Origin: a virus
Taxonomy: Duplodnaviria > Caudoviricetes
Direction: 5' to 3' (one strand)
IMG/VR virus record: IMGVR_UViG_3300037722_000745
Coordinates: 96,001 to 160,000 of that record
DNA length: 64,000 nucleotides
This document shows positions 60,706 through 64,000 of the stretch, one piece after another (the first letter of the stretch is position 1; each line of letters starts with the position of its first letter). A program made the translations under genes and the position numbers. The notes beneath the pieces were generated by a model. It did no database searches. It was not told the DNA's origin and saw only the letters and a list, made by a program, of their open reading frames with translations.

Positions 60706-61587
60706 TCACACCCGGGTGATGACAATACGGGTCAAACCACGCGGGTTGAACGCGCCAATGCCCAGGTTCTCGAAGCACGAGAAGCCGATGGTGCGAGCCT
60801 TCGGGTCATCCGCCGACAAGACGGTGACTTCCGTCCTAACGGGGATGCGGCCGAACTGCTCGGGTTCGCAGCACACGTACGAGAAGCCGGTCGGAACGAG
60901 CCTGGACGTGATGATCTGGGCGCCCCACAGAACGGCCTGGAGGCCGGTCTTGAGCAGGGTGGCCTGACTCTCGATGTCCAAGATATCACGACCGAACTTG
61001 CGGATGTCCGCGTAGTCCGTAGCGTTCATGTAGATGCGGGCGACACGAAGGTCGTGACGCTCGATCGCCGCAAACGCATCAGCCAGGACCGCAGGCGACA
61101 CCGGAGCGACCACCGGAACGTCCGGGTTGGTCTGGCCCGGCAGCGTGTCGAAACCCGAGACAGCGATGCTGTCCAAGATCGCGAACACACGCTCATCCTC
61201 CGCTGCCTGGATCTGCGCCTTCGCCAGATCTTGAGCACGCTCGATCAGATCGAAACGACGATCCTTAATCTGAGTGAGAGGGATCTCCGGGTTCGAGGCG
61301 ATCTCGAACAAGGGGAAGATCACGCGCCGAGGCTTCTGGATGGCAAGAATGTTCTCGCCTTCCTCGCCCACGACGTAGGCCGTGACATCCGGATCCTTGT
61401 CGTAGATCGGCAATGCTCCGTCCGGAAGCTGCTCGACGAGGAAGGTCTTACGACCAACCGACGAGTAGTCCCGCCGAAGACGCAGGGGTTGGATCATCGA
61501 AGCTGCGAGCTTCGCACGTCCAGCGGCCGTCTTGATATACTCCGAGATGACCTGCTGCTTTGTGGCGTTTGAGACTTGGTTACCCAT
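60706..61587 (-). CDS. Major capsid protein (HK97-like fold)
   Basis: 293 aa; strong codon bias; order scaffold - decoration - capsid - terminator; capsid-like FEIASNPEI and RIPVRTEVTV segments. Confidence 0.8.
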   Translation of the reverse strand: MGNQVSNATKQQVISEYIKTAAGRAKLAASMIQPLRLRRDYSSVGRKTFLVEQLPDGALPIYDKDPDVTAYVVGEEGENILAIQKPRRVIFPLFEIASNPEIPLTQIKDRRFDLIERAQDLAKAQIQAAEDERVFAILDSIAVSGFDTLPGQTNPDVPVVAPVSPAVLADAFAAIERHDLRVARIYMNATDYADIRKFGRDILDIESQATLLKTGLQAVLWGAQIITSRLVPTGFSYVCCEPEQFGRIPVRTEVTVLSADDPKARTIGFSCFENLGIGAFNPRGLTRIVITRV

Positions 61588-61615
61588 GGTTCTCTGCTCC
61601 TATTGTCCGAAGTCC

Positions 61616-62242
61616 TCAGACCCTAAGGTCCAACACGAGGAGCGAAGAATTGGCGTCTGGAGCAACCTTAACAATGCCCATGATGGTATTGTTCTCGATC
61701 CCAGCCGCAACCTGGGTCTCGTAGCTGTCCGCGAGTACGTTGGTGAGCAAACCGTTCTGAGAAGCGTACAGTTTGTCACCAGCCGCGTAAGTCAGGGCAT
61801 TCCCGGCGCCACCGCCGATCAGCACCTGTGTCTCGTAGACTGAGACACCAACACACGAGCCGCTCCCGCAGACGTATGGACCGCGTCCCGAAGCCACACC
61901 TGGCGTGTTCTCGAAGGGGTTACCCAAAGCGTCGTTGAGAAACAACCCGAGAGGTCGACAGCCAGCGACAAAGCCAGCCGAGTTGGGGCCACCGATGTAG
62001 TTGTTGCCAACATCGGGCCTGGTGAACGCTACGGTACCACCAAGGACACCTACCTTGATGACGCCCGAAAGCGTGGTGGAGACGGTGTTGGCTACGGTGA
62101 CGATCGGGGGATTGCTCTGTGTGAATGCATCCGCCGTCAGAATACCCACTGAGTTGCGGGTCACGACGTAGAGAGGTTGCAAACGTCCAGAAGTCTCCCG
62201 AAAATCACCCGAGCTTTGACCGCCGATGGCGAAACTAGTCAT
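61616..62242 (-). CDS. Capsid decoration/cement protein
   Basis: 208 aa, Gly-rich beta protein between the scaffold and capsid genes. Confidence 0.55.
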   Translation of the reverse strand: MTSFAIGGQSSGDFRETSGRLQPLYVVTRNSVGILTADAFTQSNPPIVTVANTVSTTLSGVIKVGVLGGTVAFTRPDVGNNYIGGPNSAGFVAGCRPLGLFLNDALGNPFENTPGVASGRGPYVCGSGSCVGVSVYETQVLIGGGAGNALTYAAGDKLYASQNGLLTNVLADSYETQVAAGIENNTIMGIVKVAPDANSSLLVLDLRV

Positions 62243-62287
62243 GGTCTGACTTTCTCCTTCACGGGCAGTTGAACTAGGGTGCTTTAC

Positions 62288-62324
62288 ATCCGATTCGATC
62301 TAAGCATCTCGGCGAACCGAGATG
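62288..62324 (-). promoter_or_regulatory. UUCG-loop hairpin followed by a short RRAY run
   Basis: The mRNA sense reads catctcgg-ttcg-ccgagatg, ct, then TAGAT CGAAT CGGAT. Confidence 0.45.
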
Positions 62325-62331
62325 AAAAAGG

Positions 62332-63567
62332 TCACTTGAGGTTAAAGGCGTCTCGCACGTCCGGTGCCGACTGCCATAGCTTGGAGAGTTGTTCGATACC
62401 CTCAGATCCACCAGCGGATCCAGCACCGACACCTCCTAGCTTGGACACACCGCCCGTGGGACGGGTCCCAACAGTGCGAGTAGACGCTGTACGAGTTTTG
62501 GCGGCAGCTTGCTTATCCTGCTGCTGCTCATCCTCCTGCTGCTCACCGTCTTCGTCATCTTGAGCAAAGAGCGTACGCAGAATTGCATCCTCCTGGCCCA
62601 AATCACTCGCCCCCACGTCCATCGGAGCGGCTTCCATTTCAATGTCTGCCTCAGACATTGAAGCAGTTTGATCCGCCGACGCTGATAGCATCTGATCGAG
62701 GGTCTCTTCGTCATCCAGCAGAGGATCCTGCTGCACCTGCTGCTGGGGCATCTGCTGCATCTGCCCCATAGCCTCCTGAATCATCTGCTGGATCTGCTGG
62801 GCCATTTGCTGTTGCTGCTGACCCTGCTGCATCTGCTGCTGAGCCTGCTGAACCATTTTCTGGACCTGCTCTTGGGCCGCAGCGTAATTGCCGGAAGACA
62901 CGGCCTGAACAATCTGCTGGGCCATCTGCTGCATGATTTCAGCAGTCTTAGCCTGTTTGCTCTGCTGGCCCTGACCCTGCTGCTGGTCAGCATCCTTGTC
63001 CTCCGACTCCTCATCCTCGGACTGTTGCTGGGCTTGCTTGTCCTGGCCCTCATCGTCGTCATCCGACTGCTGTTGAGCCTGTTTGTCCTGGCCTTCATCT
63101 TCGTCTTGCGAATCGTCGTCGTCACTGTCCTCGTCATCCGAGGCAAGACGGGCATGAGTATCCAGGAGTTCACTGTCCGGCAGGTGCATCAGAGCAACAG
63201 CCTGATCCTCGATCAGCTGTTCAGAGGCGACCTTCTTCCCTCCGAGCATCAACTGAGCGATGGCGATGCAAAGATCGGCTTTCTTCATAAGGACCTCTGT
63301 CGCCGTCTTCTCCGCGTGATTGAAGGTGTCTCCTCGCATCTCGGGCTCACCGATTTCGTTACGCTTAGTCTGACCGCCCTCATACTCCGACTTCCACGTG
63401 CCAGGAGAATGCACATCCTCAGCAAACGCTGAGGGATCCCCAGTCAAGTACTCATCCGCAGGAGGCTGAGGGTGACTTTGATTCATCGTGTAAGGGTCCG
63501 CCTCCTTGTTGATCGAGGCAGCCTTTCGAAGTACGTCTTGTCGATTCCAGGTTGAGCGCTCACGCAT
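62332..63567 (-). CDS. Capsid scaffolding protein
   Basis: 411 aa with Asp/Glu- and Gln-rich low complexity; upstream of the decoration and capsid genes. Confidence 0.7.
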   Translation of the reverse strand: MRERSTWNRQDVLRKAASINKEADPYTMNQSHPQPPADEYLTGDPSAFAEDVHSPGTWKSEYEGGQTKRNEIGEPEMRGDTFNHAEKTATEVLMKKADLCIAIAQLMLGGKKVASEQLIEDQAVALMHLPDSELLDTHARLASDDEDSDDDDSQDEDEGQDKQAQQQSDDDDEGQDKQAQQQSEDEESEDKDADQQQGQGQQSKQAKTAEIMQQMAQQIVQAVSSGNYAAAQEQVQKMVQQAQQQMQQGQQQQQMAQQIQQMIQEAMGQMQQMPQQQVQQDPLLDDEETLDQMLSASADQTASMSEADIEMEAAPMDVGASDLGQEDAILRTLFAQDDEDGEQQEDEQQQDKQAAAKTRTASTRTVGTRPTGGVSKLGGVGAGSAGGSEGIEQLSKLWQSAPDVRDAFNLK

Positions 63568-63622
63568 GGCAGGGGATCCTTTTTACCTAGGCTGGGGTTG
63601 TCTCCCCGCAGGGGAGCGATTG

Positions 63623-63635
63623 CATAAAAGGTTTA
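63623..63635 (-). promoter_or_regulatory. Putative late promoter TAAACCTTTTATG
   Basis: Begins with the TAA stop of the upstream gene and precedes the scaffold gene. Confidence 0.5.
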
Positions 63636-64000
63636 CGATCGGCCCAAAGCATACAAACGACCTTTTTCTAGCAGCCGGGCCGCCTCACTACCTGTAACGG
63701 GTCGGCCAAGAACTTGCCGGCAAGCCGCTAGGTAGGTCTTTTCATCTTCATATGGGGCCGAACCTCCCACATCCAGTACGACCCGATAAACTCTGTTTTC
63801 ACCGGCCATGGTGGTCTTCTGGCCCATGAGATCCATGACCCTAGAGACAGCCAGTATCTCCCTACCTGTGAAGCCTGCTGCCTGCACGCGCTTCCACCCG
63901 CCTTGCTTGTGTAAGATCAGGCCCTGAAGCACTCTCTTAGTTCTCTGCTTACCTACAAAAGAAAACACAGATCTGGCTATCTTTCGCCACTCTGGATGCT
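63633..64000 (-). CDS. 3' end of a gene upstream of the scaffold (prohead protease position), partial
   Basis: The frame stays open to the window edge (HPEWRKIARSVFSF...). Function inferred from synteny only. Confidence 0.5.
   Translation of the reverse strand, partial: HPEWRKIARSVFSFVGKQRTKRVLQGLILHKQGGWKRVQAAGFTGREILAVSRVMDLMGQKTTMAGENRVYRVVLDVGGSAPYEDEKTYLAACRQVLGRPVTGSEAARLLEKGRLYALGRS

Noticed and set aside
62305-62330. Intrinsic terminator after the scaffold gene
   Set aside because: The U-run precedes rather than follows the hairpin on the coding strand; treated as part of the hairpin-RRAY element.
1-64000. Stop-codon reassignment as seen in some large phages
   Set aside because: Long genes translate uninterrupted in the standard code, and TAA, TAG and TGA all serve as stops.

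Overview
This window is a segment of a large, contractile-tailed (myovirus-like, probably jumbo) phage genome, read in the standard genetic code, with GC roughly 55-60% by eye. Almost all genes are on the minus strand. Read right to left they give: head module (partial upstream gene, scaffold, decoration protein, major capsid protein), internal/accessory head proteins, fibre and Ig-like virion proteins, neck/head-closure genes, a Dps-like and an actin-like gene, tail terminator, a 1430-aa tail sheath, a UvrD-like helicase, tail tube, chaperones, tape measure and baseplate genes. Highlights: (1) a fractured virion neck gene (36965-39342), split into two ORFs by a naturally split Ser1/Ser+1 intein with a 43-aa N-part and a 133-aa C-part, with a Vsr/DUF559-like endonuclease gene overlapping both halves; (2) the only plus-strand island (22799-25201): a DHH-like gene, a MazG-like gene, a leader and a 14-repeat CRISPR array with no cas gene in the window, whose last perfect repeat runs directly into and truncates a phage HTH/Zn-finger gene; (3) a UvrD helicase with two paralogous inteins 36 residues apart; (4) a LAGLIDADG-ung deletion chimera; (5) recurring non-coding signals: a 13-nt putative late promoter, and hairpins followed by 5-6-nt periodic RRAY runs. 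All protein assignments come from motif recognition by eye; no database searches were run.
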